Shown here: positions 48,301 through 59,625 of the stretch, piece by piece | Numbering within the stretch: the stretch's first letter is position 1 | Layout of the letters: every line of letters starts with the position of its first letter | DNA from: Klebsormidium nitens | Taxonomy: Eukaryota; Plantae; Klebsormidiophyceae | Direction: 5' to 3' | Assembly: GCA_000708835.1 (NCBI GenBank) | Contig: DF237124.1 | Coordinates: 62,001 to 126,000 of the forward strand | Length of the DNA: 64,000 bases | Position numbers and translations under genes: made by a program | The notes under the pieces: model-generated | What the model saw: the letters and a program-made list of their open reading frames with translations, nothing else | What the model was told of the DNA's origin: nothing | Databases searched by the model: none

Positions 48301-50373
48301 TGGCTGGAGTGCACACAGGAACCGGGGGAGGCCATCTTCGTGCCCAGCGGCTGGTTCCACCAGGCGAGCCAGCGTCCGAACCCTATCCGAATGCGTCAAG
48401 TAGCGTCCGAACTGTGTCCGTGGTTGGCATTTTATCTGGATTAGCAGCTATTAGTTTGACGAGCTGTCCTTTGTTGGCGCGTTCTGGTATGCTCTCCGAA
48501 CGTATGCGTTGGCGTCCGAAATTGTCCGGAGCTGTTTTTTTTGGGTCGAAAACTGCATCTGACAGGCTACGCGTGGTTGCACGCACTCTCTGGCGTTCTT
48601 GTTCCTATTTGCAAAAACAGACCCGGGCAGTGCTTCGGTGTTGTCGGGGAAACTTGGACGGCAAGTTCTACTCTTCAAAGATGGATAAGAGGGGCGCCTA
48701 GCGAGACTGCTTTGTTCGAGGAGGCGAGCAGGTTTCATTCTTTGATAGACAAAGGTCGTCGGGCCCCCACAACACAAGCTCAGTGAGATGCACGCCGTCA
48801 AGGTGCTGGGCGCTCGTATGATTACTGGGGGTCCGAAGTCAATAATCAGTTTGCCTGTGTGTTTCTGTCGAAACTAACGAGATGTTTACGTGTGCAGGTC
48901 ACGAATCTCGAAGATACGATCAGCATCAACCACAACTGGCTGAACGGCTACAATCTCCACTGGGCATGGGCGCTCCTCCAGGTTAGTGATTGAATCGAAC
49001 GGCCTCTGCGGATTTGACAAAGCTGCCTTTCCGATGCGACATATATCCACATTCCAAACCGGAAGACCCGCACTTCAAGCATCGTTGACGCCGGCAAAAG
49101 TATTATTCGGGAAAACGGGTTAATGCCCGACGTTGATTTGCGTGCAAACATACGGAAGTGGTGGTCAGGCTTTATGGGATCTTAAATGTTCGGTTTGCCC
49201 CATCCCAGTTTTCGGTGCTTTGAAGAAAGGCAGACCGCCTTTGTTTCTCCAATCCCGCAGGACGACTACCATGCCACCGTGGCTTCGATCGAGGACTGCC
49301 GCGACATGTCGACGCCGGAGGAGTTCGAGGAGCTTTGCCAGCGCAACCTGCAGCTCAACTCAGGTACGATTCTGGGGTGCACTCAGGAGACAACTGAAAG
49401 TTTATGACCTAAGTTGGCATTTTGTTCTCTAACAAAGAAAATATGTGTTGTTCAAGCATCCTACTACTAAGAGTCGGTGCCTGGATGAAGTTTGCACGGC
49501 ACGGCACTGATATACTCCAGGCTGCCTCATCTGGCTCAGCCTTTGTAAAGTTGTGAAGCGCTCACTGAAGCGAGCAGCAACGTGCGAATCCTGGTCAAGG
49601 TGGCTTCCAGTCGAATGTGTCCGTGTTGGTATTGTACGCATCACGTTTCTCCGCTCAACAGGTGCTCAAAAAGCTTACGCGAAATAAAAAGCTTACGGTT
49701 GATCCAAGGCAGTCACTCCCTGTAGCTTACGCTTTCCGAAGTCGACGCAGCACTGCTTTTTTCGTTGCATCTTGCCCCCCGTCTCCCGTCCAAAACAGAA
49801 AGCGTCAGACAGCGTCAGAGAGCTTCTTTCGGCAAAGAGCATCGGCTTCTCTTTCAACATCTTTTCCGACTGTAACCCGCAGGCACGAACTACTCCGACT
49901 TCCTCGCGTTCGTGGGCACAATGGCCCTCGACAAGGCCCGCAAGCTGCGCGCGCGGACGATCGGCGGGCGTGCGGACACAGCCGATTCAACTGTTGCGGA
50001 CACGGCGGATACCGACATGGCGTCCGACTTGACAGTCAATGGACGTTCGATTCTGACCGACTCGACGGCCGCGGACGCTGCTGACGTGGCGTCCGACCTC
50101 CTCGGCTTAAGCAGCGCCTGCAAAGTGCTGCGGGAAATGGGCGATCAGCCCTTGTACAAAGCCGAGATAGGAATTGATGGGACGGAATCTATGAAGGACA
50201 AGAAGGTGGAATCTGATGACATTTTGGTGCTTTCGCGGGATTCAGCCATAGCGTGCGGCCCTTGGGCGATCGCAGAGGCCGTGGAAAGCGTTATGAAGGA
50301 GGTTCGAGAACGGACAAAAGTCAAGACGAAGTTGTCATTACAAAAGGTCATCTCGTGGAGAGGTAGAGGTTGA
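45358..50373 (+). CDS. JMJD4: JmjC 2-oxoglutarate/Fe(II) oxygenase, JMJD4 (plant JMJ20)-like; ~7 exons
   Basis: LSYEAFRREYMLANQPVV...W, LYLKDWH, DDWLNEY, DYRFVYMGPAGSWTPCHADVLRSYSWSANVCGRKLW (HxD), QEPGEAIFVPSGWFHQ|VTNLEDTISINHNWLNGYN (distal His), CQRNL. The 3' end is uncertain: stop at 50373, or a further short exon near 50607-50639. Confidence 0.9.
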
Positions 50374-50524
50374 ATGTGTGGCTCGCGGAATCATTGTTGG
50401 CACAACGCGGTCGTATGTATAATCCCAATGTCTCACAGTGAGTCGGCGATTGGATTTGGATGTGCACACGCTGACGTCACTTCGCACTTGAATCTTACAT
50501 CCTATACGCATAATGTCGGCCATA

Positions 50525-50557
50525 TGATTCCCAGTGACGGCCCGTCACTGGGAATCA
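50525..50557. repeat. Perfect 16-bp palindrome with 1-nt loop
   Basis: tgattcccagtgacgg-c-ccgtcactgggaatca, followed by partial copies of the arm to ~50600. Confidence 0.9.
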
Positions 50558-51534
50558 CCCATCACTGGGAGTCGCCCGTCACCCACCAGTGACCGTGATG
50601 CTCAGCTAACAAGCCATGCGGCCATGCCTGAATCTTGAAGTCAACCGTCAAGGCTACGAAGTACGTACATGCGTGCGCACACCTGCTCTAGCTGATGCGT
50701 GAGCTTTAAGCCCTTGTTTCCCTATAGTATGTTTGTACTTGTAGTGCAAATGATGATGCACTGTCACGCGCAAAGCTTGCCGCCGGACCTTTGTGATTGC
50801 ATCTATATCCAATGCTTGTGTAATCGGCCGATCGCCGCCATAATTATTCGATCCAAACACTGCACAGCAACTTGAATGTCATGTGGTGCATGTACTGGAC
50901 CCAATTTGGTGCAAGCTATAGGCGGCAGATGTGTGCGTGCTCCTAGCAAGGGGTTGCATGAGAAAAGTTGCGGCCTGGCCGCCCCGAACTTGGAACCGCG
51001 TGCATGCATACAATTTCCATGATATTTGAAGATTCTGGATTGTGCGCCCCTCGGCTCCGTTTATACCAATCACTGGGATCTGCGATCAATGTGAGCCTCT
51101 TGTAGAAATCTTCAATTGCCTTAAGGCAGGCGCAAATCATCCTCAGCTCGATCTCCGATCGACGCACTGGCGGTGACTGTAAATTCCTGGGACTTTTAGC
51201 GCGGGAGACGGGCTTATCCTCATGCGTCCGCATTTCACGATGTTCATTTTGCTAAAGCTTTCGCATGCGCGCCCACTGTACACTGACACAAGCGGAGGAC
51301 CGCTATCCAATCTCAGGGCCTGCACGTGGGCGGCCGACCAAGTTCTACATATGCTGGACAGCTGGTCTTGCTTTACGACCTTGTACTTTCACGAGCCTTC
51401 ACTGCATTCGTTGATTACTGTATCTACTTACTTGACTTGAGAACACAGATGCGTCTGTACTGACTCTACTAATGATACATGCATGTACCTTTCTATAACT
51501 ATATACAAGTGCTAAAGCTCAGTAACCTGCAAAT

Positions 51535-54500
51535 CTAGATCGAGATGCTACTCAACCGCTCGTACTTCCAGCCGAAGCCCGATTGGCTACCATCGAACGT
51601 CAGAGCTACACTGTGGAACCTGCACGTTCAGTAGTAGACTAAGAGGTTAGATGTACAATAGTGCACTCTCCACTTCAGTCTTTGCAACATGCACCTTTCG
51701 TCAAGACCAGGGTCTTCAACCGCAAAGTTGAGAGCGAGGACTGTGAATACTAAGAGTCACACTTTCAGACAGCACCGATGCATCCGTGGGAGACTGTGTT
51801 GCGGGTGATGTCCAAAAAGGTCGAGAGCCCTGGCTGTCTCAACCGTGCCCTACACAAAAGGCCTTCTTCATCCGTGGTTCCCTGAAGCACGCAGAGACTG
51901 GGAAACAAACAACGAGCCCCCTTCGCTTACTTTCCCCCTGAAAGTTCAGCGCCTTTCTGTAAATTCGAGAATCTTCGATGCATTGCTGGACATCGAAACT
52001 AAAGAAGCAAGCAGGCATCAGTATAACGAAAGCTACGGACAATCCTTCTGTTACTTCGAGATCTTTTGAATGCACTGCTGGACATCGGAGCTAACTAAGC
52101 AAAGCAGAGATCAGTATGACGTCAGCGACGGAGGGTCCAAGTCTGCTCACTTTCGGACGGTGGGCCGGTGCGCGATGGACAGCATCGTAATGCCGGCCTC
52201 CTTGAGCCGCCGGTACAGCGTCTCCTCCCCGTCCGCGCTCACCGCTGACGTGCATTCGTCGAGCACGGCGAACCTGGCCATGACGTCACCGCGACGTCAG
52301 CATCTCCAGAGTGGCATACGGAGACACATGTCATGTCTCGAAAATCCGGTCGTCAGAAGAGAGTGGTCAAAGGAATCACCGTCATGCAAGGCCAGAATCA
52401 AAAGCCCGATGTTTCTGCCGGCCCATCCAACGGTGCGTCACCGTTAACCGAAGAGGCTTCGACGCCCACCGATACATAGCACGAGCTTTTCGGTCCATCT
52501 ACCGTTCGTTAGAGGCACGCGTTTTCTAAGACGCACAGCTTCGCAGCGCAATGACAAAGGTAACAGGCAGTCCGCTTCGAAAGAGACGCGCACGTACTTG
52601 GGGTTGTGGAAGAGGAGCCGCGCCATGGCCACCCGCTGCTTCTCCCCCCCGGACAGCGTATCGTCCCAGTTCTGCATCTGGTCCAACCCCTCCCCCCGCT
52701 GAACCAACCCCCCCAGCTCGACCTTCCCGAACACCTCAAGAATCTTCCGGTCTTCCTCCCGTCTTTCGTGCTCCCCCGGAATCAGCGCCCGGGTGCCGTT
52801 TCGCACCGCGGCCTCGTGCGCGACTTTCCGGGGGGGGAACGGGTACAGGATCTGGTCGCGCAGGGTGCCCCGCACGAGGTAGGGCCGCTGCGAGAGGTAG
52901 AAGATGTCGCCGCGGGGGGGCCGGACGACGGTGCCGCATGCGAGGGGCCACAGCTCGGCGAGCACGCGGAAGAGGGAAGACTTGCCGCTGGGGGGGGGTG
53001 CGAAAAAAATAAAAGCATCAGCAAGTCGCTTAAAGGTGGCGCTACGCAGCCCACTTGAAATCTGATCCTCGCCTCTGGTTCAAGGCGACGACAAGATGAG
53101 TATCTGGAGCACACGAGGAAAGCCAAAACGGGGCGACAGGGGCGCTTTTCGCTAGAACAAGCGGAAACAAGCGAATACTTTCCGTATATCCGTGGCAACT
53201 GGCCCCGGCCGGGGGGGTGAAAATGGGAGCGGCTAACCGAACAGTTGCAAGGATTCGCGCAAGAGACTAGGGACTAATCCATGCCTCGCGAGAAATAATC
53301 AGGGAATCGCGCGTGTGCGGAGAGGAACAATCTCAAGTCGCGGAGAGAGCCGAATGCAATAGCACAAACAACGAGCCCGCTCAACGTCGTTGCACCGGAT
53401 TCCGCGATTGAAGATCATCGCCCCTATATAGGCAAAGAAAGGGTGCCAACCTAAAGGCGACACTTTTGTGAAACGGGAACTTGGATGGACAGTGCGAGGG
53501 GCTGACCTGCCGTTGGGCCCCATGAGGATGAGCGACTCCCCTTGGCGCACCTCAAGGCTAAGCTCGCGCACCAGGAGCGTCCCGTCGGGCGAGTGCAGCG
53601 TCACCCGCTCGAACCTGAACACGTGGCACCCAAACTTATAATGAGACTCACCACACCAGAAGACGGACTCACAATTTCCTCCTGAACAAAATCCCTTTCA
53701 GCCGGAGAGCTTCAGAAAGGGGTTTGGCAAAGACAGGGCGTAGCGAACAAGGTCGGAAGCTCCGTTAGAAGCAGCCCAAGCGGCGGCTTTGAAGATCTCC
53801 ATCGACAAACTCAACTTCACCTACTCGTTCGAAAGACACCTTCAAAGAACCCCTGCTTGTGAGAATGTAGGTGTCCAGAATAGCTCAATTGACGAAGCTT
53901 CTATCAGCCACGCCCGAACAAGTTTACGTCACATTGGGACAACTGGTCACCGCACAAAAAGAAGAGAAAATAAATAGCGTGCCCCTTCTCACTTGATATA
54001 GTCGCCGAACAGAAGGCGGGGAGGGGGTGCGGGGCCCCGATCGGGGGCGCTGATGCTCGGGCGCTCGGCTTCGGACGTCCCGACAGCTTCGGACGCCCGG
54101 TCCGTCAGGTCCAACGACTGCATGAGGCCGGCCCGGCCTTTGGCGGTGCCCAGCTGGTTTACCTGGATAAACAGCAAGTGACGTCAAGATAAATGACGTC
54201 AGAAACGGGTAGGATGCACGGAGGGGCGAGTAAGTTGAAGGGAGGAAATACGGGCCGGCCTAAGCCTTTGGCTTCTGGAAGCGGCAGCCGTGACGAAACT
54301 GCACGCACGGGCATTGGCTTTTCCGGGCATCGAGGGGCCATAGGATGGAGAGGCGTGGCAGGCGCGAATAGAATTGCAGGAATGGTGCCTCCTTGCAAGA
54401 CCACGTTCATCGTTTTGAGGTTGTGAACTCGACGCGAGACTGTGAATAGCCAGGTATAGCCGGAAACCAGAAGTGGGTTACTGGGAGACGAAAGGGAGAA

Positions 54501-57500
54501 TGACCAGCACGAGTTATAAGGTGTCATTCAGCCGCAAACACAGCAGAAGAACCTGCTTTTGCGGGCTTACCGACTCGAGCAGCTCCGCGACGCGGCTCGT
54601 GTTGCCCGCAAGCGTCGTCAGCCGCTTGTAGACGAGCACCAGCTGCCCGATAGCACCCGACGTGTGCTGTAAGAAAACCCCGGAACCCTTGTGTTCAGAA
54701 AACAAGCTCCTCAGGTTGAGCACGAAATCTGCGTCGAGCTTTCGTGAAAGGTGCTTTCTGCTGCAGTGAAGCGCAGCGGGACTACAGGAGCCCGCACGAA
54801 TAAAAGCTGGTTTGAGGAGAACCCGCAGAGAGGGATCTGCTCTCGAGTATTGGACCACCTTTTTTCGGGTGTCGCTATGGCCGTGCAATCAGGAGAGCCG
54901 TGAAAATGGTGAAGAAAAGCAGGTAGGTCCCAAGCGCTTCAAGAGAAACCCTGGATAACGTTATTCACCGTGAGCTTAGAGAAAGCGCAATTGTTATCGA
55001 TAAAAGACTCTTAGCAACGCAACGGCCTGTATAGAGCTGTCCCAGGTGTCTCTGCTGTACTGGGTAGACTCTGTTCCGCAAAGGAGAACCGATGAGCTTG
55101 CCTCAAGGAATGCGGAGCCACGAGATAAGTAGCACACAGACACCTCATCAAAAGGAGGAAACCTTCGGCCTGCATCGCGGTTGCTACTCACCATCATCAG
55201 GCGCATTGACCGGATGTAATCCCCCGTAAGCTTGTCCGGGCTTAGTGTCTGCGGAGTCAAAAAGGGAAAGGCCGTCACCAGTGCTGCCTGATCAATTTCT
55301 AGAATGCCCCGTGCATTGCGGGGGGAAGGTGATAGGGACCCTGACAACGGAGTGGACCAACGAAAGAGCTGGTCCCCCTGAAGTGACTCAAGAATGTGGA
55401 GGCACGACACTGTAAACAAAAGTGAGTGTAATGTGCACTGTTCGTATGTTCAGCAAAGTCCCAGAGTAAAGTTTCTTGCTTACGCAGGTCGGACTTGGGC
55501 AAGGTCTAGAAACCTTTTGTCGGATTGTTGATGAGAACAAACGGTAAAGATTGATTCAGGGTTTACAGTATGGCAATGAGAGCCCCCCTTGCTTTTCTTT
55601 AGTCACCGCTGACGACAATGCGACTCGGAAGTGCCTCCACGCAATGTGCCCGTCAAACATCAATCAATCACTCGATTCTCCAAAGAAGAACCAGCTCGAA
55701 TCAAGCGTCTGAACACTCGCATCATGCAAAGAGCCACTGTTTTGTGCTGCAGTAAAGGGAGTTTTTTTTTTAAAAGCCCGCTTACCCTGGGCCTGAAGTA
55801 GAGCGGCGCGGCGTACACGCACAGCCCGATGATGCTTGCAGCATACTTGACGAGGTAGCCGTCCGCGACCTGCCGGCAACCGAGGCGTTAGCCGTTGACA
55901 GAATCAAGTTCCAGATGCAGCGACTTGGGGTTTCAGAACAGACAGTACAGTCGATTCGGATCAACAGCTGCCACTTATTATCCGCTGAGGTACTTGAGGT
56001 ATTGTGGGGCAAGAATGACAGCTGCCCCAATTTGGGCGACAACCAGAGTATCAAGTTACGAACGGCCCCAAGCTGCGCCTTGCAAGCCCGAGAGAAGACG
56101 CGGTTTTCGCTACAGTACCGCTTCCCGATCAAAGCGGGCCTAGCGTCAAGGTCGCTGGCACTTCGCCAAATCTGTTGAGAGAATGAGACGATCAGAGTTC
56201 TTTGTGGAAGGGACGGATGAAGCCCAGCGACGCAGTCTGCGCATTTCCCACCTGCTGCCAGAATCGTTGGAAGGCAGAGAGGCGCGCATGCTTGAGGACC
56301 CGGTAAAGATGGTCATTCAAGATCATGCGCTCGGTGTCCCCCCCTGGTGGGTCGTTGAATGCCACTTCCTCGGCAGTGGCAACCAGCCTGCGAAGGCAAG
56401 GTTTGCTACCATAAGGCCCAAAAGTCGACAAGAGTCGTTTGCTTCCGGATAAGACGGTCACAAACTCAGCAGATTCGTGTTACTTCAGCCTGGAGTCCTT
56501 TTCCGTTTGATCTTTCAACCGATCCATCATACGGCTTGCGAAGGTGAACGCATTCAGTCCCCAGAAGATGCACAGAGCGCATCTTCGAACGGACTCGTCA
56601 GGAACGAGAGACTTCAAAGCAATCCACCGCACCCAGTGGCTTGACTTGCGAAGTAACTGTTGTTCGACCAGAAAAGACAGAGCGCCGAAGCCGAGAGTCA
56701 GACTCCACAAATAGGCCCAAGCGATGTGTTCGCGACCGTACCTCTGATGCGCGTTTCTGAAGTTCCCTGAAAGCGCCGCTTCCTGGGTGGTCATGAGGGC
56801 GAGCGGGGGGCTCAATCTTCGCAGCACGCCGGCGCAAAGAAGGAAGTAAAGGTACAAAGTCAGCTGGCCCTTGTACCTACAAAAAATAAGGAAGAACAAG
56901 GCATTTCCAAGCGATGTCGATTGGGCCATCACTTACGCCAAATGGATTTTCTCGACTCTGGCGGCCTTTGTGCACTTCAGATGAGGAAGGACGTGATAAG
57001 AGAAAGTACTGAATCAGTCTTTACCTGCAATTGGAAACAACGGACAAAACGAAAGTAGATTCTAAGTAGGTTTCTGTTTGCACGAAACGAGAATCTGCAG
57101 GGTCAACAAAAGAGCAACAGAAAGGTCAGAAGGCCCAGTTCAGCCCCTTTAGCAGGCCATTACAACCTTCGTATTGAACCCCGCTCGGATTAAATCGAAG
57201 CCATCAGACCGCCGACTGTCCTTTCGAAACAGTCTGCCTTTGACGTCCGAAGCTCTGCAATCGTGCGACTTCCGTCGACGGAGGTCACAGCATCCTCAAG
57301 GGGGGCAGTTGCGCCCCGGAAGCTCACCCAACGGTTTTTGCAAGCGACCGCGAGAAGAGGACGATGTCGAGGACGGGCTTGAAAGTGTAGCTGAAAAGCT
57401 CGCTGATGTTGAATGCGAACTTCTCGACATCTGGACGAAAGCAGGAGGGACCCATTTGAGTCCAGACTATTGGGTTGCAATTGATTAATGCCCGTTCCTA

Positions 57501-58987
57501 TCTCAAGCGTGGTGAGCAGAGGATGAAGAACCGCGATGATACAAAAGTGAAGCCTTTTGTGTAGGTAACCTCGATCTCGAACAACACAAAAACGGGGATA
57601 AAGCTAGGGATACTCCCAAAAATCTAACTACCTTGATGAAACTTTCTCACCTTCAGTAATGCGCTGGTCCGCATTCGACATGCCCCCCAGAGTTGACGCG
57701 ACGTAATAAGTTCTGTTAGAGAGGTAGCGCTGATGAAGATGCTCGGTGATGCGCTTGCGGAAGGCCAGGCTGATGTACGTCTGCATGAACTTGAGGCCGC
57801 TGTTCACGATGGCCGCAGGGACGCACGTCAGGGCGGTGTCCACCAGCATGCGCTGAAAGGCTGGCCAGTCCTGTACGGAGGGGTTACAGAAAGTCAATGA
57901 GTCTTGCTGAAGTTGACTGGCACGACGCTGTTAAGGGAGTGAGCACTGACCCCGTTCCAGCAGCGACCATGATGAGTAAGATTGTATGGTGGACATTGAG
58001 TTCCTATAACTGCTGATTGACATCCGAGACTAACCTGTACTCCGCTGCCACATGTTCTCCTTGAGAACAAATGGACCAGAGAGAGAGTGCGACTGGTGGG
58101 GCCTACCTGCGCCGTGACGGCCTGGCCAGCAGTACCTTCGAGAGCTGCAATCTGGTCTGTACATACAATGACCAGACAAGTGTAAGTACGTGGCCCTCTT
58201 TTTGGTTTGAGCAGGAAAAGTGATGCCATGAGCATGAACTTTCCATGAAACTTATCAGTGAACTTTCAGAAACTTTTGACGCGTACTGATCAATCACAAA
58301 GTGCTTAACGACCTGATTGTCCTCTACTGTCTACTACTGGCTTACCAGAAAGGAGCGTTCTGGAAATCAAGAGGCCCGATTGTACAAGGACGTAGACCGC
58401 CTCCAGAGAAAAGGGGGAGGGGACGCATATCCCCAGCACGGTTTGCAATCTCAACCAGAAGACACGATTGACCGCTACCTGCAACGACAGCATTCTGTTT
58501 TGGCTGTTAGGGGATCGCAATCTTCAAAAGCTAGACCGCAAGATGTATTCACAGCGAAGCAATGTCAGTGGTGGTTCTTCTGCACTAAACGTGGGGCAGT
58601 GATCTCCTGGGGAAGTGGGGGGTACTTTCTTAAGTAACATTTTCAGAGCTACTCAGCCGCTCACCTGGCCTTTGATAGGATGCCGCAGACGGAACCTGAT
58701 GTAAACAATTTCTGTCAGAGAAACGGCATTAGAGTTGTTGCTGGCAGGGAAGTAAGGAAGAGAAGTCTGTTCTTAACACAGGCCCCTTTTTGCCCCACCT
58801 TCTGCTTCTTCAGCCCCCCAGTGTCCTTTGAGCTCTCTGAAGCAACCGCGTCGCACAAAGCCCTTTGCTCCTTCTGCGCCTGCTTGACCCGAACGGAGAC
58901 GTTGGCAGCGACAACAAAACCCCCACTTACAAAGGCTAGGGCAATAATGCGCCTCTGCCGCGGAGAGTATGTTGAAAAGTACGTCAT
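51535..58987 (-). CDS. Half-size ABCD (peroxisomal PMP70/ALDP-like) transporter; ~13 exons
   Basis: One TMD (VAVNRVF..., NADQRITE, EAA-like SGNFRNAHQRLVATAEEVAF) and one NBD ([67 protein letters not shown]). Last exon 51619-51535 encodes FHSVALTFDGSQSGFGWKYERLSSISI*. Confidence 0.92.
51964..52121. repeat. Degenerate ~65-bp direct repeat (period ~92) in the last ABCD intron
   Basis: ...tgcattgctggacatcg...aagcaagcaggcatcagtataacg versus ...tgcactgctggacatcg...aagcaaagcagagatcagtatgacg. Confidence 0.7.
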
Positions 58988-59625
58988 TTGCGCAGCATTT
59001 GATTGGACAACAAAAGTTGAGCTATGGGGACCCGTCTCAGCTCCAAATCACGTTCATGCGGACTGAATTCATAAACGTTTTGCTGATGCCACCAGTATCA
59101 GCAGACGTGCTCTGTATGGAGTGTCTGCTTCAAATCAGGATTGTGCTGAAACCAGCTGAAACTCCAATCCTCCGCTTCCATGACTTCCAAAAGGGGCACC
59201 TCTAACCTCTGAGCACCTCCGTCCTCTACCAAGGACTACCAAGCCTGGAACTTGAAGAAGGGCGCCCTGGTAGAGGCCAAGTAAGCGCGCCTCTGGCACT
59301 GTTGCCATTGGCATTGCTGCGTCAGCCTAGTTTCAGAAGTACCGCAATACAACATTCTAATTTCTCCCCCTCCTAGTTCGCACAAGAATATCTGAAGATA
59401 CACAATCACGATGACATCAGCATGTGCGCTGTACCTGTGCAGGCAGATCCTGTTCACTGCACAGGATCGTCCTCTCGAGTCTCTGCCAATCTCCCTAGCT
59501 CGGTTGCTACATTAATATTATTTGGAATTGGCGGGCAACTCCAATTGCCGTTGGCACGCAAGGGACGCTGGTAGGATTGCTCCTTCTGGACGATTCTCAT
59601 AGGAAGGGTCTGAGTTTGTAGAAGT

